From positions 1 through 30,474 of IMG/VR virus record IMGVR_UViG_3300022540_000126: DNA of 30,474 nt; one strand, given 5' to 3'. The notes beneath the pieces were generated by a model. That model did no database searches and was not told the origin of the DNA. It worked only from the letters and a program-made list of their open reading frames with translations. The stretch's first letter is position 1; each line of letters starts with the position of its first letter. This document shows positions 17,815 to 25,811 of the stretch, one piece after another. The DNA is from a virus (taxonomy: Duplodnaviria > Caudoviricetes). Position numbers and translations under genes: made by a program.

Positions 17815-18510
17815 ATGGATAAAAATAAAATAATTGACAAAGTTAAAGAATTGTTTTCAACAGAAGAAGTTAAAATGGCTTCTTTAGATGCTGTTGTTTC
17901 TAAACCTGTTACTATTGAAATCCCAGATGGGACGGAATTAGCAGATGGTATGGAAATAGAAGCAGAAAACGGTACATATGTTTTAGCTGATGGAACTTCT
18001 TTTGAAGTATCAGAAGGTGTAGTTTCTAATTTAGTAGCAGAAGAAACTTCAACAGAAGAAATGAAATCTCATCGTTTTGCTCTAATAACAGCTGTTAGTA
18101 AATATGAAGTTGAAGTAGATGCTGAAACTTTTGAAGTTGGTAGCCAATTAAGACAAGTAGACACAGAAGGAAATTCTTGGAGTTTAGATGACGGTGAATA
18201 TGAATTAGAAGATGGGAGATCTATTCAAGTTGATTCAGAAGGAATCGTTGTATTAATCGGAGACGGAGAAACGGAAGAAACATCAGAAGAAACTTTAATG
18301 TCAGAAGAAACAAAAAAAGAAATCGAAGAATTAAAATCTAAGATTACTGAAATGGAAGCTAAAGAAGTGGAAATGAATTCTCAAATTGAGAAATTAAACA
18401 ACGAACCAGCAGAAGTGGAAACAAAAATAGAGAAAGCAACTTTCTCAAAAAAAGAAATCGCTAATGATAGACTTATGGCTATCAGAAACGCAATGAAAAA
18501 AATAAAATAA
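17815..18510 (+). CDS. Capsid scaffolding protein
   Basis: Highly acidic; duplicated (A/L).(N/D)G.Y.L.DG module; C-terminal coiled coil; lies between protease and MCP. Confidence 0.7.
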   Translation: MDKNKIIDKVKELFSTEEVKMASLDAVVSKPVTIEIPDGTELADGMEIEAENGTYVLADGTSFEVSEGVVSNLVAEETSTEEMKSHRFALITAVSKYEVEVDAETFEVGSQLRQVDTEGNSWSLDDGEYELEDGRSIQVDSEGIVVLIGDGETEETSEETLMSEETKKEIEELKSKITEMEAKEVEMNSQIEKLNNEPAEVETKIEKATFSKKEIANDRLMAIRNAMKKIK

Positions 18511-18516
18511 AAAATT

Positions 18517-19425
18517 ATGAGTTTAAATGTAAGTGCCTTAACGGCTTGGACTGACGAGAACAAATTGGATTTGATCGCTAAGTCAATTTTAAAAGGTAGA
18601 ACAATCGATATAATCAACGTTCAACCAGGAATTACAAATTCTGCAACTATTAATACTTTAAATAGTAACCCAACATTCGCAGCAGGTGGATGTGGATGGT
18701 CTGCAGCAGGAACAACTGTATTGTCTCAAAGAGCAATCACTGTATGTCCTATTAAATTAAACGAAGCTATCTGTTTAGATAATTTGGAGACGTATTTCAC
18801 GTCAGTACAAATGAGACCAGGTTCTTATAACGAAGAAATTCCTTTCGAGCAATTATTCGCAGAAGAAAAGGCTAATCAAGTTTCATCATTAGTAGATCAA
18901 TTGATCTGGGTTGGTGATACAAACACATCTGGTAACTTAGGTTTATGTGATGGTCTATTGAAATTAATGCAAAATGATGCATCTGTAGTAGATGTAACTT
19001 CATTAGGTTTTGTAGCTTCTACAATCGTAGCATCTGTTGATGCAATGGTAGCTGCTACTCCAACTGATATTTTAGATCATGATGATTTAACATTGTTTAT
19101 GGGATACGATTTATATAGAATCTATTCAGCAGCTTTAAGAGATGCTAACTTATTCCACTATTCAGGTGCAGAAGATCAAGGACAAGAGTTTTCTCAAATG
19201 ATCCCTGGTACTAATGTAAGAGCAATCGCTGTTAAAGGATTAAATGGAAGATCTAATTTCGTATTAACTTCTGCTAAAAACCTTTATGTTGGAGTAGATA
19301 TGTTAAGTGAGATGGAAGATTTCAGAATTTTCTTCTCAGAAGATAACGATGAAGTTAGAACAAGAATTAAATTCAAGATTGGTGTAAATTACGCATTCTC
19401 TGACTTTATAGTATTAGGAGCATAA
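18517..19425 (+). CDS. Major capsid protein
   Basis: 302 aa after the scaffold; INVQPGI...GCGWSAAGTT.LSQR...K.NEAIC...IWVGD...CDGLLK pattern of HK97-fold MCPs; strong codon bias. Confidence 0.85.
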   Translation: MSLNVSALTAWTDENKLDLIAKSILKGRTIDIINVQPGITNSATINTLNSNPTFAAGGCGWSAAGTTVLSQRAITVCPIKLNEAICLDNLETYFTSVQMRPGSYNEEIPFEQLFAEEKANQVSSLVDQLIWVGDTNTSGNLGLCDGLLKLMQNDASVVDVTSLGFVASTIVASVDAMVAATPTDILDHDDLTLFMGYDLYRIYSAALRDANLFHYSGAEDQGQEFSQMIPGTNVRAIAVKGLNGRSNFVLTSAKNLYVGVDMLSEMEDFRIFFSEDNDEVRTRIKFKIGVNYAFSDFIVLGA

Positions 19426-19454
19426 TCTTAATCTAAAACTAAAAAATTATAATG

Positions 19455-19475
19455 GGATAGTCAGATAGGCTATCC
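19455..19475 (+). terminator. Hairpin downstream of MCP (partial terminator or stabiliser)
   Basis: GGATAGTC-agata-GGCTATCC stem; no clean U-tract. Confidence 0.4.
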
Positions 19476-19505
19476 TGATTATAAAAAAAAATAAATTATA
19501 AAATT

Positions 19506-20030
19506 ATGGCATGTATATTAAACGCTGGATATAGTCTGGGATGCAAGGATAATATTGGAGGAATTAGAAGGGTCTTCATAAGTAACTTCGCTGATGATAA
19601 TATCTATGTAGAAGACGCAGATAACGTGATAACTTCAATGTTAAATTCAACTTCTGGGAATATTGTGTATTACACTTATGAACAAAGACAGGAATCAGGA
19701 GAATTCAATCAAACAGGGAATCATTCCGTTGAGAACGGAAGTACATATTACGAGCAAGTTCTTTCATTGATATTTACCAAAAATTCTTCGGAATTACGAG
19801 ACACATTATTCTTGATGGCAAAAGCGACACTAAGTGTGATTGTAGAAACGCAGAATGGTAGATATATCCTTATGGGTAAAATAAATGCAGTTAATATGAC
19901 TGCTTCTACTGTAGCAACAGGTAAAGGATATGGTGATTTAAATGGTACTTCTGTTACACTAACAGGTAAAGAGCCTGAATCAGCACAAGAATTGAGTTCA
20001 GTTGCTTTCGGATTATTAAATATTGTATAA
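19506..20030 (+). CDS. Major tail tube protein
   Basis: MAC....G....CKDNIGGI, SVENGSTYYEQ.L and GDLNG...TLTGKEP motifs; follows the MCP. Confidence 0.75.
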   Translation: MACILNAGYSLGCKDNIGGIRRVFISNFADDNIYVEDADNVITSMLNSTSGNIVYYTYEQRQESGEFNQTGNHSVENGSTYYEQVLSLIFTKNSSELRDTLFLMAKATLSVIVETQNGRYILMGKINAVNMTASTVATGKGYGDLNGTSVTLTGKEPESAQELSSVAFGLLNIV

Positions 20031-20059
20031 ATATTAGATAATAATAGATAAAACACATT

Positions 20060-20088
20060 AAAAGCTACCTATATGGTGGCTTTTTTTG
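20060..20088 (+). terminator. Rho-independent terminator
   Basis: AAAAGCTACC-tatat-GGTGGC followed by T7, directly after the tail tube gene. Confidence 0.8.
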
Positions 20089-20093
20089 GTTAT

Positions 20094-20119
20094 AAACAGA
20101 TAGGTATTAGTTATATTTA
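20094..20119 (+). promoter_or_regulatory. Late promoter motif AAAC-N15-ATATTTA
   Basis: Immediately after the terminator and upstream of the tRNA and portal block. Confidence 0.65.
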
Positions 20120-20143
20120 GATATATAACAATAGAAACAGATA

Positions 20144-20215
20144 GCGGGGTAGGACAAATGGCTAAGTCGCTGGTCTCATAAGCCAGAGGATTCGGTTCAA
20201 CTCCGAAGCATCGCA
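20144..20215 (+). tRNA. tRNA with CAT anticodon (Met or Ile2), degenerate acceptor stem
   Basis: D arm GAC...GTC; anticodon arm CTGGT-CTCATAA-GCCAG; T arm TTCGG-TTCAACT-CCGAA; acceptor GCGGGGT/GCATCGC has one mismatch and two G-U pairs; no encoded CCA. Confidence 0.75.
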
Positions 20216-20229
20216 ACAAAATAGAAATT

Positions 20230-20655
20230 ATGATAGAATTAACAGGAAGTACATCAGGAAGCACAGTAGCTTTAACATTAAACGAAGATACAACTCTTAA
20301 CGGAACAAGTGGAGTAGATTTCTTCTATTTGTTTGAATTTATTGGGACGGATACAAATGTAAGTTATACATTTTTAGCTACTGATACATCTACAAATAAA
20401 GTAAGATATAATAAATTTCAAATCTATGTGGTAAATACTGTCGATGAAGACAGAACCATTGGCAAAATAGACCTTTCTGGGGGAAGATACAAGTATAACA
20501 TTTACCAACAATACAGTTCGTCAAATCTTGATACTTCCCTCGCCAATGGAATAGTTGAAATAGGATTTGTTGATATAAATGTTCCTATCATTCAAACTAT
20601 TTATACAGACACAGACACTGGATCTGATAGTGAATATATAGTCTATCAAGGATAA
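20230..20655 (+). CDS. Hypothetical structural protein (pre-portal)
   Basis: YLFEF...RYNKF...G.YKYNIYQQ...LD....IVE.G motif; lies between tail tube and portal. Confidence 0.65.
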   Translation: MIELTGSTSGSTVALTLNEDTTLNGTSGVDFFYLFEFIGTDTNVSYTFLATDTSTNKVRYNKFQIYVVNTVDEDRTIGKIDLSGGRYKYNIYQQYSSSNLDTSLANGIVEIGFVDINVPIIQTIYTDTDTGSDSEYIVYQG

Positions 20656-20669
20656 AATAATAAATAATT

Positions 20670-21905
20670 ATGGCAAAAAAAGAACAAGAAAAAAGACAAA
20701 TGGATTTAGGTTTTTTAACCTTTAGTGTAGATGTTAATAACACACCAATATTTACCGAAGCAGGTAGAAAAGAGTGGGTGAATTATGGAGATAATAATAT
20801 GTATCCTGATTATTTAATTGAGTTATTAAATAAAAGCTCGAAACACAATAGTATTGTAAAGAGAAAAGCAGATATGATTGCTGGTCGAGGATGGGAAGGT
20901 GATGAAACATTTATTATGAATGAACATGGTTCAGAAAACTTAAACAAAATAGCATATAAGAATGCTTATGATCTAGAAGTTTATGGTGCTTATTCATTAT
21001 TGGTTACTTGGTCAAAAGATAAAAAATCTATTGCTAGAATTACATATCTTGATTTATCTAAAGTTAGAATTGCTAAAGACGTTGATCAAAAAGATGATCC
21101 TGAAATGTACAAAAGGCAACAAGATGGTATTGAATTCTATTATGTTTCTGGTGATTGGTCACAAGTTAGAAAAGATAAATATAAACCAGAATTATTCCAA
21201 GGATTCTCAACAAAATATAATGACACAGCAACACAAGTTGTATATGTTAAGGATTATAGACCAGGTGTTAATTTTTATACATTACCTGACTATATTGCAT
21301 CGGTTGATTGGATTGAATTAGATAAAGAGATTGCCAACTTTCATTTAAATGGCGCAAAGAATGGTTTTACGCCATCAATGGCAATTAGTTTTAAGAGTGG
21401 CATACCATCAAAAGAAGAACAAAATAGATTTCATAGACAGATACAAGAAAAATTTAGTGGTACAGATAATGCATCAAAAGTATTTATTACTTATTCAGAA
21501 GGTGCTGACACTACACCAGAATTTACAACATTGGGTGCTAATGATAACGATCAAAGATTCTTACAATTAGAAGAAACTATATCTCAAAATATGGCTATTG
21601 CTCATAGAATACCACCTGTTGTTGTTGGGATTCAAACAGCAGGAAAATTAGCAGGAAACACAGAAATAATTGAAGCAGAATCTTTATTCCAAAGAAATGT
21701 AATAGATCAAAAACAATTTATGATTGAAGAAACATATAACGAATTAGCATCTATTAATGGTGTTGAAAAATTAGAATTAATTAAAACTGAACCTTTAATG
21801 CCTTTTATTTTAGAAGATGTTGTTATTGAAGAACAAATTGAAGATGCTCTTAAAAATAGAGAGAATGGTGATACACCAGAAGAAGAAACAAAAATAAACG
21901 AATAA
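20670..21905 (+). CDS. Portal protein
   Basis: WVNYGDNNMYPDYL...SSKHNSIV...IAGRG, YTLPDY...EIANFHLN..KNGF.PS, F.GT.NA and AHRIPP.VGI motifs. Confidence 0.85.
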   Translation: MAKKEQEKRQMDLGFLTFSVDVNNTPIFTEAGRKEWVNYGDNNMYPDYLIELLNKSSKHNSIVKRKADMIAGRGWEGDETFIMNEHGSENLNKIAYKNAYDLEVYGAYSLLVTWSKDKKSIARITYLDLSKVRIAKDVDQKDDPEMYKRQQDGIEFYYVSGDWSQVRKDKYKPELFQGFSTKYNDTATQVVYVKDYRPGVNFYTLPDYIASVDWIELDKEIANFHLNGAKNGFTPSMAISFKSGIPSKEEQNRFHRQIQEKFSGTDNASKVFITYSEGADTTPEFTTLGANDNDQRFLQLEETISQNMAIAHRIPPVVVGIQTAGKLAGNTEIIEAESLFQRNVIDQKQFMIEETYNELASINGVEKLELIKTEPLMPFILEDVVIEEQIEDALKNRENGDTPEEETKINE

Positions 21906-21909
21906 GATT

Positions 21910-22455
21910 ATGGCAATTGATGTATTAATGATAAGCGCAAAATATTTGACACAAAATAGTATTATTAACGATAATGTTGATACGAAATTATTGCTTCCAA
22001 GTATAGTAAAAGCACAAGACCTTTATATAGAGAGAATATTGGGGACAGATTTGATGCAGAAACTAAAAGCGGATATAAATGCTGGTACATTATCAGGTAA
22101 TTATAAAATATTAAATGATGATTATGTACAGAAAACAGTTAGAGAATGGGCTACATATATAGCTACGATTGATTTGAATTACAAATATACTAACAAATCA
22201 GTTACACAAAAAAGTTCTGATAACTCTACACCATCTCCGCTTGAAGATATTATTTATCTAAGAGGACAAATAAGAGATACTGCAGAGTATTATGGACAAA
22301 GAATAACTGATTACTTATGCGCTAACGAAGATTTGTTTCCTGAATATAGAAGCAATAACGATCAAGATGATATTAGACCAAGCTCTGATAACTTCTTCAA
22401 CGGTATGTATATACCAGGTGGAGGATGTAATCATTCAGGAAACTGTGATTCATAA
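21910..22455 (+). CDS. Head-tail adaptor/connector
   Basis: Follows the portal; NVD.KLL.P.I..AQD..I..ILGTDL...R..AEYY..R..DYLC....FPEY pattern. Confidence 0.65.
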   Translation: MAIDVLMISAKYLTQNSIINDNVDTKLLLPSIVKAQDLYIERILGTDLMQKLKADINAGTLSGNYKILNDDYVQKTVREWATYIATIDLNYKYTNKSVTQKSSDNSTPSPLEDIIYLRGQIRDTAEYYGQRITDYLCANEDLFPEYRSNNDQDDIRPSSDNFFNGMYIPGGGCNHSGNCDS

Positions 22456-22477
22456 TATAAAAAAAATAGCACTTTAG

Positions 22478-22948
22478 ATGATACGACATTTACATCATCA
22501 ATCTATTTTGATGAATGATAATAAAAATAATAGCACAATAATGGGAAAAATAATAACATTTTTAGGACATCTTTTAAGTTTGTTTTTAACTTTTATTGCA
22601 CCAATGCAGGTGTATTTAATAGTGACTTTTGTCAACATCTTTATTGATTTTGGTTTAGGTGTTTATAAAGCAATTATTTATGACAAGAAAAAATGGAGTA
22701 GAGAAAAATTAATGCTTACTTTTCAAAGTCTAATATTGTTTTTTGTAGCTTTTTCAATGGGGTTGATTATGGAAACTTTTTTAGTTCCTTCTTTACCAAT
22801 TGTTGTAACGATTGCGATAACAATCAATACATTCTTCTTTTTTAGAAGTTTAAAAAAAATAAGTTTAATGACAGGTACAGACGTACTATCAAATATTGTT
22901 AAATTGTTTAAAAAATCATATGACAATAATAATGGAAAAGACAAATAA
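22478..22948 (+). CDS. Holin (Phage_holin_4_1-like); true start may be 22541
   Basis: Three to four TM helices; FIAP...IFIDF.LGVYKA...S.KL and C-terminal ...TG.D motifs. Confidence 0.65.
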   Translation: MIRHLHHQSILMNDNKNNSTIMGKIITFLGHLLSLFLTFIAPMQVYLIVTFVNIFIDFGLGVYKAIIYDKKKWSREKLMLTFQSLILFFVAFSMGLIMETFLVPSLPIVVTIAITINTFFFFRSLKKISLMTGTDVLSNIVKLFKKSYDNNNGKDK

Positions 22949-23312
22949 AATATACGCAATTAGGAGATATATGACATTAGAAGAAATGTTAGATGATGAA
23001 TTTGGTGAAATATATTATATCGGGAAAACGAATAAAGATGAATTATATGAGAGATTAAATCAACATAGAGTTGATAAAACATTTACAGTTAAGACTGAAT
23101 GGTTGAAAAATAATAAACATGAAATTATTTTGATTGAAGATGATTTAGAAGATTGGGAGGTAGTAGAAAGAGAGCAGTACTGGATAACATATTTTGGAAC
23201 TCATTTAAAACTGAATAGGATACGAGCCAAGAAAGTAAATGTTAAAGATGGTATAGATGCTATGAAAAGAGCCAAACAAATAATAAAAGATATGAAAAAA
23301 GCTAACAATTAA
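22932..23312 (+). CDS. GIY-YIG family nuclease
   Basis: KIYAI...YYIGKT...RL.QH...EREQYWI...LN; ATG 22932 preferred. Confidence 0.75.
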   Translation: MEKTNKIYAIRRYMTLEEMLDDEFGEIYYIGKTNKDELYERLNQHRVDKTFTVKTEWLKNNKHEIILIEDDLEDWEVVEREQYWITYFGTHLKLNRIRAKKVNVKDGIDAMKRAKQIIKDMKKANN

Positions 23313-23315
23313 TTG

Positions 23316-23651
23316 TTAGCTTTTTCTTTTTAACCAATGATATATTTCATCATCATCATCATCATAAAATTCAAAACCAGTTTTTTTCAAAGTTTCGTTG
23401 TGTGGATTATCCTTTTTTAATTTTGTAAATAAAGGTTTATCAATATCATTACAAACTTTTAATCTTATATCAACTAATATCTTTCCATAACCAAGACCCC
23501 GATATTTAGGAATAACCCAACCTCCAACTAATGTTAATTCTTCATCTAATTCTTCAACAGCTCCTGATGCTACTATTATATTATCTTCCATTATTATAAA
23601 TTTGAATGATTTATGATAATCCCATTGTTCTACCCAATTATATATTTTCAT
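23316..23651 (-). CDS. GNAT acetyltransferase
   Basis: WVIPKYRGLGYGKILV acetyl-CoA motif A and N...LKKTGF motif B. Confidence 0.8.
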   Translation of the reverse strand: MKIYNWVEQWDYHKSFKFIIMEDNIIVASGAVEELDEELTLVGGWVIPKYRGLGYGKILVDIRLKVCNDIDKPLFTKLKKDNPHNETLKKTGFEFYDDDDDEIYHWLKRKS

Positions 23652-23871
23652 CTAAGAATTTTTTGATTTTTTCTTTTCTTTCTCTGATTAATCTTTCAGA
23701 ATAATAATCTGATAAACCAGATCTATTTAAATTACCAAAATAAAAAGCCATATCTGTTATTTCATCATCATAGTTTATAAATCTTTTCACTTGTTCTATT
23801 GTTAGTTTATCCATATTCTCAATAGTTACTATTATACCTCGTAAATCATCATCTATATATTTATTCATCAT
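23638..23871 (-). CDS. Hypothetical protein with C-terminal RKEKIKKFLDEN tag
   Basis: ORF track; shared C-terminal motif. Confidence 0.7.
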   Translation of the reverse strand: MMNKYIDDDLRGIIVTIENMDKLTIEQVKRFINYDDEITDMAFYFGNLNRSGLSDYYSERLIRERKEKIKKFLDENI

Positions 23872-23928
23872 ATGTTTCTATCTTTATTTTTCTCTTTTTT
23901 CTTTAACTTCTCAATTTCTTTATTATTA

Positions 23929-24123
23929 TTATAAATTATTTTCATTAAACTTAGTTATCTTGTCTTGAATCTCTTTTCTCAACATTTCTTTAGACTTAGG
24001 TATCTCTTGTTCAATAGTCTCTGAGAACTCTTCCCAGTTATCTTTCTGAGCATCTGAGAACTCTTCCCATTCTAATTCAAATTGATACATTGTTTCGTCT
24101 CTTTCGTTTTGTGGTGTTTTCAT
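23929..24123 (-). CDS. Acidic hypothetical protein with C-terminal QDKITKFNEN
   Basis: ORF track; AACAATTATG start; internal WEEFS duplication. Confidence 0.7.
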   Translation of the reverse strand: MKTPQNERDETMYQFELEWEEFSDAQKDNWEEFSETIEQEIPKSKEMLRKEIQDKITKFNENNL

Positions 24124-24144
24124 AATTGTTTCTTTCTTTTGTAG

Positions 24145-24169
24145 TATATATTAAATCCTAAATATGGGG
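24145..24169 (-). promoter_or_regulatory. Early promoter-like motif CCCATATTT-N4-TTTAATATATA
   Basis: Mirrors 30101-30125 (+) CCCATATTT-CATA-CTTGATATATA; about 21 nt upstream of ATG 24123. Confidence 0.5.
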
Positions 24170-24174
24170 TTTTT

Positions 24175-24540
24175 TTACTTTTTATTATTTCTTTCTAATA
24201 ATAATAAAGTAACTTTAAATTTTTCTTCTGGTGTTAATTCATCATATGATCTACCTTTCAAATCAAGTGGTTCAGCTAAAAACTCAACTCTTTCTTTTTT
24301 AGCTTTCTGTTCAGCTTTTATTTTTTTCTTATTAGCTTTTCTTTTAGGTTTTGTAACATCATAATAATAATTTCTTAAATATTGTTTTTTATCTACCCTT
24401 TCTTCTATATTAAGATTGTTTTTTCTACATACTTTACACTTATTTAGATAACCATCAGTATATCTTGCTTCCCTATGGAAATCAGAAAACACTTTTTCTT
24501 CTTTACAAATCTTACATATTTTTTTATCTACCTTTTCCAT
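24175..24540 (-). CDS. Zinc-finger protein (HNH-associated CxxC...CxxC N-terminal domain, no nuclease domain)
   Basis: KICKICKEEK...F......DGY.NKCK.C; ATG 24540 preferred because a terminator lies at 24553-24587. Confidence 0.65.
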   Translation of the reverse strand: MEKVDKKICKICKEEKVFSDFHREARYTDGYLNKCKVCRKNNLNIEERVDKKQYLRNYYYDVTKPKRKANKKKIKAEQKAKKERVEFLAEPLDLKGRSYDELTPEEKFKVTLLLLERNNKK

Positions 24541-24552
24541 AAAATTATCTAT

Positions 24553-24587
24553 AAAAAAAGGGTGACTCTCCGAAAGAAAGTCACCCC
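24553..24587 (-). terminator. Rho-independent terminator (- strand)
   Basis: GGGTGACT...AGTCACCC stem followed by T7 on the - strand, downstream of the lipoprotein gene. Confidence 0.7.
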
Positions 24588-24626
24588 ATAAAACATACAA
24601 TAGCACAAAGATGTTTTGTTAATTGT

Positions 24627-24956
24627 TTACCATTCATTAATATTTTCTAAACATAAAGTATCACCATTATCAAGATAATAGAAATATTCTTCACCGTTTA
24701 TATCCCTTGTTGGGAATGATTCTTCATAATTCCTTCTATATATTTTTATTGGATTGTTAGTTGTATGGTTTTCTAACACTACCCAATAATCCGCAATATG
24801 GTTATTATCAACCAATAAGGTATCTAAACCAGAATCTATTACTACTCCACAATTATTTATTTCTATAACATCGTTATTATAAATTGGTTGAATTTCTTCT
24901 TTCTTACAGGAGAACATTACTGCTACTATCCCGATTATTAATAATATTTTCTTCAT
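24627..24956 (-). CDS. Lipoprotein
   Basis: MKKILLIIGIVAVMFS|CKKEE signal peptidase II site with a Bacteroidota-type K-K-E-E surface-export-like motif. Confidence 0.8.
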   Translation of the reverse strand: MKKILLIIGIVAVMFSCKKEEIQPIYNNDVIEINNCGVVIDSGLDTLLVDNNHIADYWVVLENHTTNNPIKIYRRNYEESFPTRDINGEEYFYYLDNGDTLCLENINEW

Positions 24957-24960
24957 AATT

Positions 24961-25092
24961 TTATTTATTTTCTTTTAAAAAATTTTCTATTTTATCTTTT
25001 CTTCTTAAAATCTTTCCATATTCTAAAGATTCTTTTAATTCTTGTTGAATTTCTTTCAATTCTTCTTTCGCTTTTTTTAATTCTTCACTCAT
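24961..25092 (-). CDS. 43-aa coiled-coil peptide with C-terminal RRKDKIENFLKEN tag, not in ORF track
   Basis: MSEELKKAKEELKEIQQELKESLEYGKILRRKDKIENFLKENK*; directly downstream of the promoter motif at 25112-25142. Confidence 0.7.
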   Translation of the reverse strand: MSEELKKAKEELKEIQQELKESLEYGKILRRKDKIENFLKENK

Positions 25093-25111
25093 TATACTAT
25101 TGTTATTTGTT

Positions 25112-25142
25112 TATATATACGACAAATATAATGAAAAGTTTC
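25112..25142 (-). promoter_or_regulatory. Early promoter-like motif GAAACTTTTCATTATATTTGTCGTATATATA
   Basis: 27/31 identical to 888-918; contains TAnnTTTG. Confidence 0.55.
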
Positions 25143-25158
25143 ATTTTCACCAAATATT

Positions 25159-25413
25159 TTATAATAAATTTTTATTTTTTTTCACACACCAAGTATGGCA
25201 GCCTTCTTCATGATTTACTACATATCTTGCTTCTGTTTCATCAATATATGTCATTGTTTGTGGTGATAATGGTGATATTGTATTATCATGTGGATAAAAA
25301 TATTCATCATCTTGACATTGTGATTCTGCCCAATTAATATAAAAAGAATTATAATCAAATTCTTTTTTATTTTTAAATATCTTCTTTATTAATGTTGTTA
25401 TTATTCCTATCAT
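25159..25413 (-). CDS. Hypothetical protein (84 aa)
   Basis: ORF track; part of the - strand operon. Confidence 0.6.
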   Translation of the reverse strand: MIGIITTLIKKIFKNKKEFDYNSFYINWAESQCQDDEYFYPHDNTISPLSPQTMTYIDETEARYVVNHEEGCHTWCVKKNKNLL

Positions 25414-25645
25414 TCTTATCTAATTTATTTTTAAATTTCTCAATCGTTGTTAATAAATCAATCGTTTTTTTATATTGTACATCATTACTATCACATAATA
25501 AATAAATATAAGTAGCAAGTTTCTGTATATTAGTAGCTTCTGATTTAAATATAGCTTCTTCTACTTCTGTTAATGATCTTTCAAAAGAACCATTTAATTC
25601 ATTATCTATTATATCATTATCTTGTATAGTTTTCTTATTTTTCAT
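25373..25645 (-). CDS. Hypothetical protein
   Basis: ORF track; ATG 25645 has the AACAATTATG context. Confidence 0.65.
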   Translation of the reverse strand: MKNKKTIQDNDIIDNELNGSFERSLTEVEEAIFKSEATNIQKLATYIYLLCDSNDVQYKKTIDLLTTIEKFKNKLDKNDRNNNNINKEDI

Positions 25646-25805
25646 AATTGTTTTTTTGTTTTTTTGTTTCACATTTATCATCTTCTAAATGGATTAATGT
25701 TTCTATTTTAGAATCTAATGAATCTAATTTTTTTTCTATTGTGTATTGGTTTAATTGTATTAAAATACACATAAAATATATACTTATTATTATTATTCCT
25801 TTCAT
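25635..25805 (-). CDS. Small membrane-anchored protein (56 aa), not in ORF track
   Basis: MKGIIIISIYFMCILIQLNQYTIEKKLDSLDSKIETL...; AACAATTATG start; fills a gap. Confidence 0.55.
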   Translation of the reverse strand: MKGIIIISIYFMCILIQLNQYTIEKKLDSLDSKIETLIHLEDDKCETKKQKNNYEK

Positions 25806-25811
25806 AATTGT

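Noticed and set aside
20144-20215. tRNA as an attP/prophage boundary
   Set aside because: It lies in the middle of the structural block; there is no integrase, no duplicated tRNA 3' end and no host genes.
20058-20264. 68-aa minus-strand ORF
   Set aside because: It is antisense to the tRNA, promoter and terminator, which explain the sequence better.
20983-21570. Alternative-frame + ORFs inside the portal gene
   Set aside because: L/I/K/Q-rich off-frame translations; the portal frame is intact and there is no slippery site.
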